Shown piece by piece: positions 20,723 to 29,937 of a DNA stretch of 64,000 bases (position 1 is its first letter; every line of letters starts with the position of its first letter). The stretch is from the NCBI GenBank assembly GCA_963555755.3, contig OY820905.2, positions 2,656,001-2,720,000 of the forward strand. The letters run 5' to 3'. The notes beneath the pieces were generated by a model. It made no database searches. It was not told the origin of the DNA and saw only the letters and a program-made list of their open reading frames with translations. The translations under genes and the position numbers were made by a program. The stretch is from Nitrospirales bacterium. GTDB taxonomy: Bacteria; Nitrospirota; Nitrospiria; Nitrospirales; UBA8639.

Positions 20723-21092
20723 CACACTTCCATCAATTCTTGTGGATGAATCGCAAAAAAGACTTCAACACACTCTAGATGTAAGTAACAATGCGGCCCA
20801 AAAGATCCAGCAGTCTATAGAAGATATGGCCATAGAATGGGGTCTCAAACAGTATCCACGGAAACGTGAACAATCAAAAGAAGCTGCTGAATTAATGTAT
20901 GGTTCTATACTTGCTGATAACTCTAATTGGCTATTTGATTTAAACGATGAGGATCGTTCTTACATTGAAAAGATGAAAGCGGAACTAAGAAAATCACCAA
21001 ACAACCCGTTTACCCTTTCCATCTCGAAGCACCAACTCTTAAAGGCAATAGCCATTTTAGAATTAAATAAAGGAGGTATTATTAATGTCTGA
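20723..21092 (+). pseudogene. 5'-truncated AT-rich hypothetical protein
   Basis: Open frame from the junction at ~20723; overlaps the next gene. Confidence 0.45.
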
Positions 21093-21450
21093 ATTTGACA
21101 AGAAATTTGATAAATCATTTAACAATACAGTTAAAGATGAAGGCGAAATACCTATAGACGCGAAAAAGACGGCTATCATGGGTGGCGTAGCAGCTGGTGC
21201 GACAGCGGCGGGTGGAGCTGCAGCCGTTGTAGCAGCCGTCGGAACTGCTAGTACCGGAACTGCAATTGCAACTCTAAGCGGTGCAGCTGCTACAAGCGCT
21301 ACTTTGGCTTGGCTTGGAGGGGGAGCCATCGCTGCGGGTGGCGGAGGTGTAGCATTGGGCGCTGCTATCCTCACTGGTGGAGGAGCTGTTGTTGCTTGCG
21401 GTGTTGGCTACGGTCTCTACAAATGGAAGTGCAAGAAATTGAAAAAATAA
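21085..21450 (+). CDS. Glycine/alanine-zipper membrane protein
   Basis: AAGGAGG RBS; GTASTGTAIATLSGAAATSATLAWLGGGAIAAGGGG motif. Confidence 0.75.
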   Translation: MSEFDKKFDKSFNNTVKDEGEIPIDAKKTAIMGGVAAGATAAGGAAAVVAAVGTASTGTAIATLSGAAATSATLAWLGGGAIAAGGGGVALGAAILTGGGAVVACGVGYGLYKWKCKKLKK

Positions 21451-21602
21451 GCCTTCACCTAAATAGAGTTCTCACTGATCTTGGTATTACAGGTGATGGT
21501 TGGGGAATGTATGGGCACTTCCGTTAAAATACTTAACAAATTGCATAAGCTCGGGTATTTTGCTCTGCTACGTGCTTCAAAAATTCCGTTTACGCAGGTC
21601 TT

Positions 21603-21681
21603 TAATGTCTGCTTTCAGTATGAAGCGGACATTAGAGTTGATTGTGCTTGAACGTCCGCTAACCAGCGAAAGCGGACATTC
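21603..21681. repeat. Paired REP-like hairpins (AAYGTCYGCT...AGCGGACATT)
   Basis: Hairpins at 21603-21634 and 21650-21681. Confidence 0.6.
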
Positions 21682-21689
21682 GGATAATT

Positions 21690-22813
21690 TCACCGACGGG
21701 GTCCCGATCTTTCAGCCCGTGCCGGCCCCTACCGCTGACCAGCTTCAGGCATTACTCACGCGGATCATCACGCGGCTGCTGAAGATGCTCACGCGCCAAG
21801 GCGCGCTCATGGAAGAAGTCTCCGAGATTCCGTATCTGACCAATCCCGATGCCGATCCCGCCTTGGCCCCGCTGCAGGCAGCGGCTTGCACCTACCGCAT
21901 TGCCCTTGGCCCCCGAGCCGGCCAAAAAGTGCTGACGTGGAAAGATCCATCATTGCGCCTGGCCAGTCAGGAGGCGCCACAATCAAAGGGCGGTGTCAGT
22001 GCGCAAGGGTTCAGTCTGCATGCGGACACATGGTGTGGTCCCCAGCAGCGACAACAACTCGAACAGCTCTGTCGCGACATCACCCGTCCGGCCTTGGGCC
22101 ACAAACGCCTGCGCCGGACCCCAGCCGGCGAGGTCGTCCTCCAACTCAAAACCCCGTATCGCGATGGCACCACCCATCTGGTGATGAGCCCGCTGGAATT
22201 CCTGCAACGCCTCGCGGCCCTCGTCCCGCGTCCCCGACTCCATCTCATTCGCTTCCATGGCGTGCTGGCGCCCAACGCGGCGCTGCGGTCCCAGATCGTG
22301 CCCGGCGAGGCCGATCAGGCGACGGACCCCGCCAATGAGGAGGGCGATGCCCTCGCTCCTTCAACACGAGCCCGCCTAAACTGGGCGCAATGACTCAAAC
22401 GTGTCTTCGCCATCGATATCACCACCTGCCCGCAGTGCGGCGGGCCATTGACCATCCTCGCGGCGATCGAGGATCCTGCGGTGATCATCAAGATTCTCAC
22501 GCACCTGGGCTTGCCGAGCCGAGCCCCACCACGAGCCCCGGCCCGCCTCGACGCGTTCATGCAGACAGCCTAAGCTTCCACCTGGATTCCGGTTCGGGGC
22601 CCGAACCGACACCCCCTTTTTTGCCCAGTTCCCCTTCGCACACGCCACAATGGTGCGTCATGCTGGGCCTGATCCATGGCAAAAGAGCCAGTCAGGCCCG
22701 TCGCGCAGGGTCATTCCTTCATGGCAGACTCTGGAGGTGGCAGATTGCCCCCACAATGAGGTCTTTGGTACTTTCCGGTTCAGTCAAAAAGGGCTTTTAA
22801 AATTCCTATTCCC
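21690..22813 (+). mobile_element. ISCR/IS91-like element copy 3, 5'-truncated
   Basis: Matches 9720-10844 from TCACCGACGGG to TTCCTATTCCC. Confidence 0.9.
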
Positions 22814-22940
22814 TTTCTCATTCTCTACATATTCAGCCCATACAATCCTGAAAAGTAGAAAAGAAAAGTGCTTAGAAAATGGTAGTGTCAACTTAATAGA
22901 AATTCCACACTGAGTACCCAATTCGTCCCAAGATAATCCA

Positions 22941-23081
22941 GGGCACCTCTTTAAACCGTCCTTTTCCGTGATGGCGGCGTCAGGCGCGTGCTCACATCCT
23001 CATGTATTCGCCCATACACTTCGGTTTTCCGCGCGCGGCTTCCTTGCCCTCACAAAAAATGCCTGGTTTTTAGAGGTGCCC
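22941..23081. mobile_element. MITE-like element
   Basis: TIR GGGCACCTCT / AGAGGTGCCC with a TCCA direct repeat on both sides. Confidence 0.75.
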
Positions 23082-23307
23082 TCCATTGATTTATCGGGGA
23101 TTAGGCTGTGCCCTCTACACGTTCGCTCAGCCAAATCTGGCTTAAGCTGACAATACCCTCTCTCTCCTTGGCCGTCGGCTAAATCGTAACCTGACAAGCC
23201 CGCACAGCCCCCGCTTTATGACAAGTAGATAGGCCCCACCCCCAAAAAGCCCCACCGCCGAAACGATGAGGCTCTCAGTTTGGGTGACGCTGTTATCGAT
23301 GATTCGT

Positions 23308-23925
23308 TTATGCCGATTTCATCTTCTTCCTTATCCGGTAGCCAATGAGTCCGGCTATGCCTGTACCCAACAGCAATATCGTGCTGGGTTCGGGGTTCGG
23401 GATGCTCCTCGATGGCTCCGGACCAAAAGCTTGTGTCCCATAGAAAGTAAGATGGGAGATAGTGAATTGGTTCCCATTGTTTCCGGCAAGCCCAAAGGTT
23501 GACCACAGACCCCTCGTAACCGACCCATCGACATTGAGGTAATCTTGAAGGAGAAATGTGTTGCCAGCTTTGGCAACCACAAAGTCGATAGCTATATCCG
23601 AAGACCATGTTCCACTAAACATATCTCCATCCACTGTCACGGTCACGCCATTCCCATCCACCCCTGGAGGGTCAGATTTAAAGATCTCTATCACGGACAT
23701 CTCAACGATGCTCGAAATGGTTCCTTCAGAATCATTGCCCGTGAATGGCCCCAGCACCGTACAACCAACACCAATGTTACAGGGATCGAGCATCGGGGTT
23801 GCGGCTACATTGTTGGCTAACCCAAGGGTGAGTAAGAACACGATGGAAATACTTCCAAAGATCTTTTGGAATAACTGTTTCTTTTTCAATAATTCAGTCC
23901 TACATGTGAGAGATAACTGTTTCAT
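23308..23925 (-). CDS. PEP-CTERM sorting-domain protein
   Basis: Signal peptide; NPEPSTILLLGTGIAGLIGYRIRKK. Confidence 0.9.
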   Translation of the reverse strand: MKQLSLTCRTELLKKKQLFQKIFGSISIVFLLTLGLANNVAATPMLDPCNIGVGCTVLGPFTGNDSEGTISSIVEMSVIEIFKSDPPGVDGNGVTVTVDGDMFSGTWSSDIAIDFVVAKAGNTFLLQDYLNVDGSVTRGLWSTFGLAGNNGNQFTISHLTFYGTQAFGPEPSRSIPNPEPSTILLLGTGIAGLIGYRIRKKMKSA

Positions 23926-24489
23926 AAATTTCCATCTCCTTGATAAACCATGAGAGGTGACTAGTCACTATAAAGACAAGTAGGAACCTCTCAATCTTTA
24001 AATGTTTAGGCTGGAAACGCTCTCTCCCCCGGTTCCTGATCGAAGAAAAAAGTATTCGCCTCCTCTGCTATTTGAGTATTGCGTTTCTTCTTAATCCATT
24101 GGTGTCTTAAGAACATATCGGTCAAATACAACTTTGTCACAACAGATATGGACCTGGAAAGGGGGGAGAGTTCGACATGCTGCTGCCCAAAAAAATTACA
24201 AGGCGATTCCGATTCGCAAGGATAAGGCCATAAACACAGACGAGGTTTTTGGTAGGGAACACCAATCAGAAAAACCGTGCACTAATCGATACAAACAGAA
24301 GGCACAACGCAAAACACCCGTTCCGATTTCACTTAGTCAGGCTCGTTTCAATAAGGTGGAAACGATGATTCTCTTGGTCTGCACATGGAAGCGGTAAGAA
24401 TTTTCCCACATGATCCGGAAAGCAATTGATGTCTCGTACCCACCTTTTTCCAAGTTCACAACTTCAGGCAATGAACAGCAAGATCATAA

Positions 24490-25025
24490 AAACACGGGAC
24501 AATTGGGAGGGCCGGACGCTTTTGGGCTACCCCGGCGTCGCTCATCGCTTCCATACTCCCGGTATGCGCGCTCTTCGCTCCTTGGCTCGCTCCAAAATCG
24601 TCTCGGCCAATTGTCTCGGTTATTTCGTGACGGACCCTAAGGACCTACGAGAAAATAACTTGATCAATATCGCGCCAAGATTTGGGTCGGATTTGGACGG
24701 AACGATTGCGAAACACTCGAGGCATAGCACAGCTATGGTGAGGGTTTTTCGATTGAGGCCCGTTCAAAGATGGCCCGAAGATTGGATGCGAGATTGATCA
24801 AGTTATTTTCTCGCAGGTCCTAAGAGCTTGCGCGGACTTTGGTGATCCAACTGCTGCTTCTAGGTTCAATGATGGCCCGAAGATTGGATGCGAGATTGAT
24901 CAAGTTATTTTCTCGCAGGTCCTAAGAGCTTGCGTGGACTTTTGTGATCCAACTACTGTTTCTAGGTTCCAAGATGGCCCGAAGATGGGATGCGAGATGT
25001 CCAGAAGGTATTTTTTAACAGGCCC
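24490..25025. mobile_element. Cluster of nested MITE-like elements with a ~102-bp tandem duplication
   Basis: Partial element ending ...TATTTCGTGACGGACCC (24637); 180-bp element 24641-24820 flanked by TAA; unit ~24762-24863 repeated at ~24864-24965. Confidence 0.8.
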
Positions 25026-25673
25026 TTAGGAGAGGTGTTGCCCGGTCACCTTGTTTAAAGCATCTTGGTCAGCCAGGGTCAGGCGGTAGCCTTTTGTGAA
25101 CAAGGCTTGCATACCATCGGTTAACACAGAGAATTCTACGTTTTCGTGAACGGTATCAAACATCCCATTGAGTTTGGACAGATGCTGTAAGGCCCCGTCG
25201 TGTTCCAAATAGCCCACACCGACGGATTCGAACACATCTTGAAGCTCCGTGGAATCGTATTCCCCATCGTCGTTCCGATCCCCCACCAACGCGAATTGAT
25301 AAAACGTAAGACTGAACGACAGTGACGATTGCGTTTGGGCAAAGGCGGCTCTGGCTCCGTTGATACTATCGGGGTAGTCGGTTAAACAAGGATTCTGCTC
25401 AGAGTCACGACCAATCGGTTGAAAGGAGAGTTGTTGGACTTCCGGACGATTATGCTTTTTCTTCTTTAATTGTTCGTAATGCCATGTGGTACAGATTTCG
25501 GCGGCGGCGAATTCCACTTTGTCTTTCATGATTTGTTCGGAAATGTGATGCGTGAACCCAACAAATACTCCAGCGGTCACCGCGGCAAATAGGGTCGCCC
25601 CACCACACCAAGCGACCACAGATCCCACAATGAGAATTTGCAGGCAACGTGTTCTGAGGAAACTTTTTTGCAT
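25026..25673 (-). CDS. Hypothetical membrane-anchored protein with an EF-hand-like GDRNDDG motif
   Basis: 215 aa ORF. Confidence 0.7.
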   Translation of the reverse strand: MQKSFLRTRCLQILIVGSVVAWCGGATLFAAVTAGVFVGFTHHISEQIMKDKVEFAAAEICTTWHYEQLKKKKHNRPEVQQLSFQPIGRDSEQNPCLTDYPDSINGARAAFAQTQSSLSFSLTFYQFALVGDRNDDGEYDSTELQDVFESVGVGYLEHDGALQHLSKLNGMFDTVHENVEFSVLTDGMQALFTKGYRLTLADQDALNKVTGQHLS

Positions 25674-25791
25674 GACGTCAGTATACCACCCGTCTAATGT
25701 CGGAGCTAGGGAAAATTCACAAACCCCTTAATTTAGTGAAGAAATTTTCCGATTGAGTGGATATGACCATTTATCCACGAAGGTGTAGAAT

Positions 25792-27066
25792 ATGACTATG
25801 GCGACTGAATCCGTAACCCTCGAAGGACATATTATTGACTCCCTCATCCTGGCCAAGGTGCTCGACACCATCCTCCAAATGGGTGGGACCTTTGACATGA
25901 AAGAAATAAAAGTGGGAGCCACTCGCGAGGAATCGTCTTTGACAAAAATCAAAGTGCAGGCGGACTCCCCCCAGCTTCTCGATGAAATCTTACAAGCCAT
26001 ACAACCGCATGGAGCCGTTGTCGATCAGATCGCCGATTGCACGATCGCGCCCGCCCCGAAAGAAGGCGTGTTGCCGGATTCGTTTTACGCCACATCACAC
26101 CTGCCCACCCAAATTCGCGTCAATGATCAATGGCTTGATGTCGAGGCCATTGAAATGGATTTAGCTATTCGAATATCAGGAGATCCTCCAAAAGCTCACA
26201 CAGTCCCCATGGCCGAAGTGAAAACGGGTGACATGATCGTCACGGGCCGTAATGGCGTACGCGTGTTTCCGTTGGAGCGCCCGAAAGAACGTGATGTGTT
26301 CGCGTTTATGGAAGCACAAGTATCATCGGAGCGCCCACATCAACATATTATTACGGACGTGGCCAAACGCATGCGAATGATTCGCGACAATCGGCACAAG
26401 GCGCTTACGCAAGGTGAGGCCGCATGTGATCCCGAACTCGGGACCAAAGTCCTCCTTGTCGGTGGCCCCGCCATTGTGCATGCCGGAGGCCGCGACGCCC
26501 TCTCCTGGCTGATCGATGAAGGATTTATCCACCTGCTGTTTTGCGGCAACGCCCTTGCAGCACATGATATGGAAGCCAGCGTGTACGGCACCTCTTTGGG
26601 CTACGGTTTATGCGCAGGCCGAACCGTGCCGCATGGGCATGAGCATCACCTGCGTACCATCAATATGGTTCGTTCCGCGGGCAGCATCAAACAAGCGGTA
26701 GAATCGGGACTGATCAAAAACGGCATCATGGCATCCTGCGTACATCAAAACGTGGATATGGTGTTGGCCGGCAGCATTCGCGATGATGGACCCCTGCCCG
26801 ACGTCATCACCGATTCCGTTCAAGCCCAAGGGGCCATGCGTGCGGCCCTTCCAGGAGTAGGACTCGCCATTATGATAGCAACCACTCTTCATTCCATTGC
26901 CACTGGCAACTGCCTGCCGGCCAAAGTCCCAACCGTGTGCGTGGATATTAATCCAGCCGTCCCCACCAAACTCAGCGATCGTGGCAGCTTTCAAGCCGTT
27001 GGACTCGTGATGGATTCGTCATCCTTCCTTCGGCAATTAGCGCAAGAACTCAGTTGGCATGGCTAA
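25792..27066 (+). CDS. TIGR00300/LOR-SDH family protein (ornithine cyclodeaminase-like, ArgZ C-terminal region)
   Basis: LEGHIIDS, VSSERP, GPAIVHAG, HGHEHHLRTIN, AGSIRDDGPLP, KLSDRGS. Confidence 0.85.
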   Translation: MTMATESVTLEGHIIDSLILAKVLDTILQMGGTFDMKEIKVGATREESSLTKIKVQADSPQLLDEILQAIQPHGAVVDQIADCTIAPAPKEGVLPDSFYATSHLPTQIRVNDQWLDVEAIEMDLAIRISGDPPKAHTVPMAEVKTGDMIVTGRNGVRVFPLERPKERDVFAFMEAQVSSERPHQHIITDVAKRMRMIRDNRHKALTQGEAACDPELGTKVLLVGGPAIVHAGGRDALSWLIDEGFIHLLFCGNALAAHDMEASVYGTSLGYGLCAGRTVPHGHEHHLRTINMVRSAGSIKQAVESGLIKNGIMASCVHQNVDMVLAGSIRDDGPLPDVITDSVQAQGAMRAALPGVGLAIMIATTLHSIATGNCLPAKVPTVCVDINPAVPTKLSDRGSFQAVGLVMDSSSFLRQLAQELSWHG

Positions 27067-27871
27067 CAAGATGGGACGCATACTCGTTTGCCCACCGGAT
27101 TATTTTGGAATTGAGTACGAAATCAATCCATGGATGCGTGTGTCCGACGCCACGGATCCCGACACAAGCAAAGCCCAATGGCATAATTTAGCGCGGGTGC
27201 TCGAAGAAGATGTCGGGGTCAAACTCGAACGGATGACCCCAATCAAAGGCCTGCCCGACTTAGTGTTCACCGCCAACGCGGGTGTGCTCCATGATGGCAA
27301 AGCCGTCATCAGTCGGTTCCGGCATCCGGAACGACAAGGAGAAGAGGAACACTTCGAACGCTGGTTCCGGGAACATGGCTACCAAGTGATCTTGCTAAAC
27401 AGAGATTGCTACTTTGAAGGAGCCGGGGATTTACTGGGCTTCCCCGACACATGGTTCGGAGGGTATCGACAACGTAGCGACATCAAAGCCTACAACGTCT
27501 TAAGCGACATTTATGGAAAAGAAATTTTGCCGCTGGAACTGGTCACGGAGCAGTTTTATCACCTAGACACGTGCTTCTGCCCACTCAGTGGCGGCGAATT
27601 GTTGTACTATCCCGGAGCATTCGACATGTACGGCCAAAACACCATTGCCCATCGTGTCGAAGAACATCGACGCCTCGTGGTGCCACAAGCCGAAGCCGAA
27701 CGCTTTGCCTGCAACTCCGTGTGCGTAGGCAAGCATGTCGTGCTCCCCACAGGGTGTCCCGAAACCATGGCCATGCTCAAAGACCGCGGCTACACCACCC
27801 ACCCCATCGAACTCGACCAATTCCTCAAATCCGGCGGCTCCGCCAAATGCCTCACCCTTGCGTTGGACTAA
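27059..27871 (+). CDS. Amidinotransferase/arginine dihydrolase-like protein (ArgZ N-terminal-like)
   Basis: YEINPWM, PDLVFTANAG, FEGAGD, FYHLDTCFCPL, KSGGSAKCLTL. Confidence 0.85.
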   Translation: MANKMGRILVCPPDYFGIEYEINPWMRVSDATDPDTSKAQWHNLARVLEEDVGVKLERMTPIKGLPDLVFTANAGVLHDGKAVISRFRHPERQGEEEHFERWFREHGYQVILLNRDCYFEGAGDLLGFPDTWFGGYRQRSDIKAYNVLSDIYGKEILPLELVTEQFYHLDTCFCPLSGGELLYYPGAFDMYGQNTIAHRVEEHRRLVVPQAEAERFACNSVCVGKHVVLPTGCPETMAMLKDRGYTTHPIELDQFLKSGGSAKCLTLALD

Positions 27872-27920
27872 AAACTTCCGCAGAATCCTTCATATTAATT
27901 TTCGATTGAGTTTTTAACCG

Positions 27921-28262
27921 CGTTGGGCGCGGCGGAGCCGCAGCACCGAATCGACCCCTTTGGCGAGCACTGTCTGAGCGGAGCGAGTTGCGCAGCCATC
28001 TTGATTCGGTGCGGAGGCGGAGGGACCCCATAGGGGCCGCGCATAGGCAAAAATGGTTTTGGGTCCTTTTAGAGACTGTTCCAAAATCCCGCCAGCAGCG
28101 TTCTCGTTGCTCGAAGGCCTCAACGTACGGCCTGTACGCCTCGGCCTTCTCGCGGCCTGCGGCCTTGCTGGCGAACTTTTTGAACAGTCTCTTTTGCCGA
28201 AACAAAAGAGCCTGTCCTGAGCCAACGCCGAAGGAACCTCGTCGCGCCGGGGCGAAGCCCGG
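27921..28262. repeat. Intergenic structured repeat (family R) with a MITE inserted at 28071-28192
   Basis: Related copies at ~29757-29928, 34641-34825, 35101-35310, 36347-36480; insert TIR AGAGACTGTTC / GAACAGTCTCT. Confidence 0.8.
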
Positions 28263-28293
28263 CATAAATAAATTCCAGAATCCTTTTAAAATA

Positions 28294-28626
28294 ATGTCCA
28301 CCGAACCCTACTTCGAAATCAATCCAGACCCCGATACCGCCAAACACATTCGCAAAGAACGCGAAAAAGCCCGCATACTCAAACGCACCCCCTGGTGGAA
28401 AAACCAACTCCACAAAGGCACCTGCCACTACTGCGGCCAGCAATTCAAAGCAGACGAACTCTCAATGGACCACATCGTACCCCTAGCCAGAGGCGGAAAA
28501 TCCACCAAAGGCAACATCGTCCCATCTTGTGTGGAATGTAATAGGAAGAAAAAACTAGAAACCCCAGCGGAGGCGGTACTTAAAAAACTGAGTCCCCCCA
28601 AAAAAGGAACGGAGGACTTATATTAA
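28294..28626 (+). CDS. HNH endonuclease
   Basis: CHYC...MDHIVPLARGGKSTKGNIVPSCVECNRKK. Confidence 0.9.
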   Translation: MSTEPYFEINPDPDTAKHIRKEREKARILKRTPWWKNQLHKGTCHYCGQQFKADELSMDHIVPLARGGKSTKGNIVPSCVECNRKKKLETPAEAVLKKLSPPKKGTEDLY

Positions 28627-29321
28627 GTACAGGTATTTTTGGATTCTTCAAAAACAGAAACACCTAAGATCTCTGGTGCCCAATCACGAAAGGCTTCTTC
28701 TCTAACTGCGTAAGACACCGAAGTTGACCTATCGTTCAGCTTTTCTCCGACGTATATTCCAATCACATCCCATTCCGGCGCGGTGAATTTACAAACAGGA
28801 GCACCAGAACATCCACTCCCGGCGATTTCGCTTAGCTCATAAAAAGAACAGCCCTGTATCAATGGAAGTTTTCCCGTAAAACGCCTGCGGACATACCCCT
28901 CGTTGTAAATTAGGTCAGGGCGAACAACGGCCTGACCTCCATCGGTTGACTCATAAGTGGTATCATCAGGGTAACCAAACAGACGATACTTACAAGAGGA
29001 ATATTCATTGCTATTGCTTAGCCGAAAAAAAGACTTCCATGGCCCACCATCAAGTTTTAACAGGGCAACATCTTCATCAGAATGCATGAGACTTGATACA
29101 ATTTCATATCCCAACCATCCACCCTCTGGATGAGCAAACATGGCAATTTTACGTTCTGATTCGGACCCACATATTACATGCTTTGCCGTCAGAGCAAATC
29201 CTCTATTACCTATGAAAAAACCAGAGCCAAGAATACGTTTTATAGCAATTTCGCTTGCCCTGCGTTCTGCAGTAGCAATGGGGAAAATATAATCCCTTAT
29301 TGCATCAGACTGCGTAAACAT
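28623..29321 (-). CDS. Trypsin-like serine protease
   Basis: TAKHV, DVALLKL, GCSGAPV triad motifs. Confidence 0.85.
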   Translation of the reverse strand: MFTQSDAIRDYIFPIATAERRASEIAIKRILGSGFFIGNRGFALTAKHVICGSESERKIAMFAHPEGGWLGYEIVSSLMHSDEDVALLKLDGGPWKSFFRLSNSNEYSSCKYRLFGYPDDTTYESTDGGQAVVRPDLIYNEGYVRRRFTGKLPLIQGCSFYELSEIAGSGCSGAPVCKFTAPEWDVIGIYVGEKLNDRSTSVSYAVREEAFRDWAPEILGVSVFEESKNTCT

Positions 29322-29446
29322 TTTCTATGTGTTCCAATGCTCAATTATTTAAGTCAAACGTTTTCCGAGTCCATTCGCGATTGCCCAAATGAGATCTAAA
29401 CTCTGCCATATCATCAAATGAATCTGATTCTGTTAACAAAAAACAA

Positions 29447-29695
29447 TCAATCTTCAGGGTACAAACCCTCTAACGCCTCATACCGCTCCTTCGCCTTCTT
29501 CGCCCATTCCGAATCCGGATGGTCGCGAAGGATCTGCTGATACAACTCTTTCGCATGCGCAAAATTGGTTTGCTTCTCCTCAAACTGCGCAGTCCCAAAC
29601 AAACTCTCCGGACTCTCCCCTCCACACCCCACTGTAAGGGCAAGTAGTAATCCCACCATGACCAAAAATAGCGTAGCTGTTTTTGATTTTTTCAT
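29447..29695 (-). CDS. Small TPR-like lipoprotein
   Basis: TVGC lipobox; AKELYQQILRDHPDSEWA. Confidence 0.75.
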   Translation of the reverse strand: MKKSKTATLFLVMVGLLLALTVGCGGESPESLFGTAQFEEKQTNFAHAKELYQQILRDHPDSEWAKKAKERYEALEGLYPED

Positions 29696-29756
29696 GAGCT
29701 TTTAATTCCTCCTAATAAGTATTGTCTTAGGCAGCCCGCATTGGGTGTGGCTTCAT

Positions 29757-29928
29757 CACCTTACCGAATCCGACTTTCTGGCGAAGACTGTCTGAGCGTA
29801 GCGAGTTTCTGAGCCATCATGATTCGGTAAGGTGATGAAGGGACCCGTAGGGACACACACGGGCGGAAATGGTTTTGGTCCCTTTTGCCGAAACAAAAGT
29901 GCCTCGTCGCGCGGGGACGAAACCCCGC
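29757..29928. repeat. Family R intergenic repeat
   Basis: ACCGAATC...TGTCTGAGCGTAGCGAGTT...TTTTGCCGAAACAAAAG...GAAACCCCGC. Confidence 0.75.
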
Positions 29929-29937
29929 AGAAATGAA

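Noticed and set aside
1759..22393. TGA recoded as an amino acid (in-frame TGAs in transposases)
   Set aside because: The TGAs fall at Leu positions (TTA in the intact IS630 copy), occur alongside many other T->G changes, and host genes use TGA as a normal stop.
21500..22393. 297-aa ORF as a novel transposase fusion
   Set aside because: The N-terminal part is non-coding foreign DNA joined to a 5'-truncated ISCR lacking its HUH motif.
24762..25000. CRISPR array
   Set aside because: The ~102-bp units have no unique spacers, consist of MITE ends, and no cas genes are present.
27852..28301. ORFs spanning intergenic repeats (also 34621-35439, 24410-24797, 51521-51943)
   Set aside because: They are translations of repeat or MITE sequence with no protein motifs.
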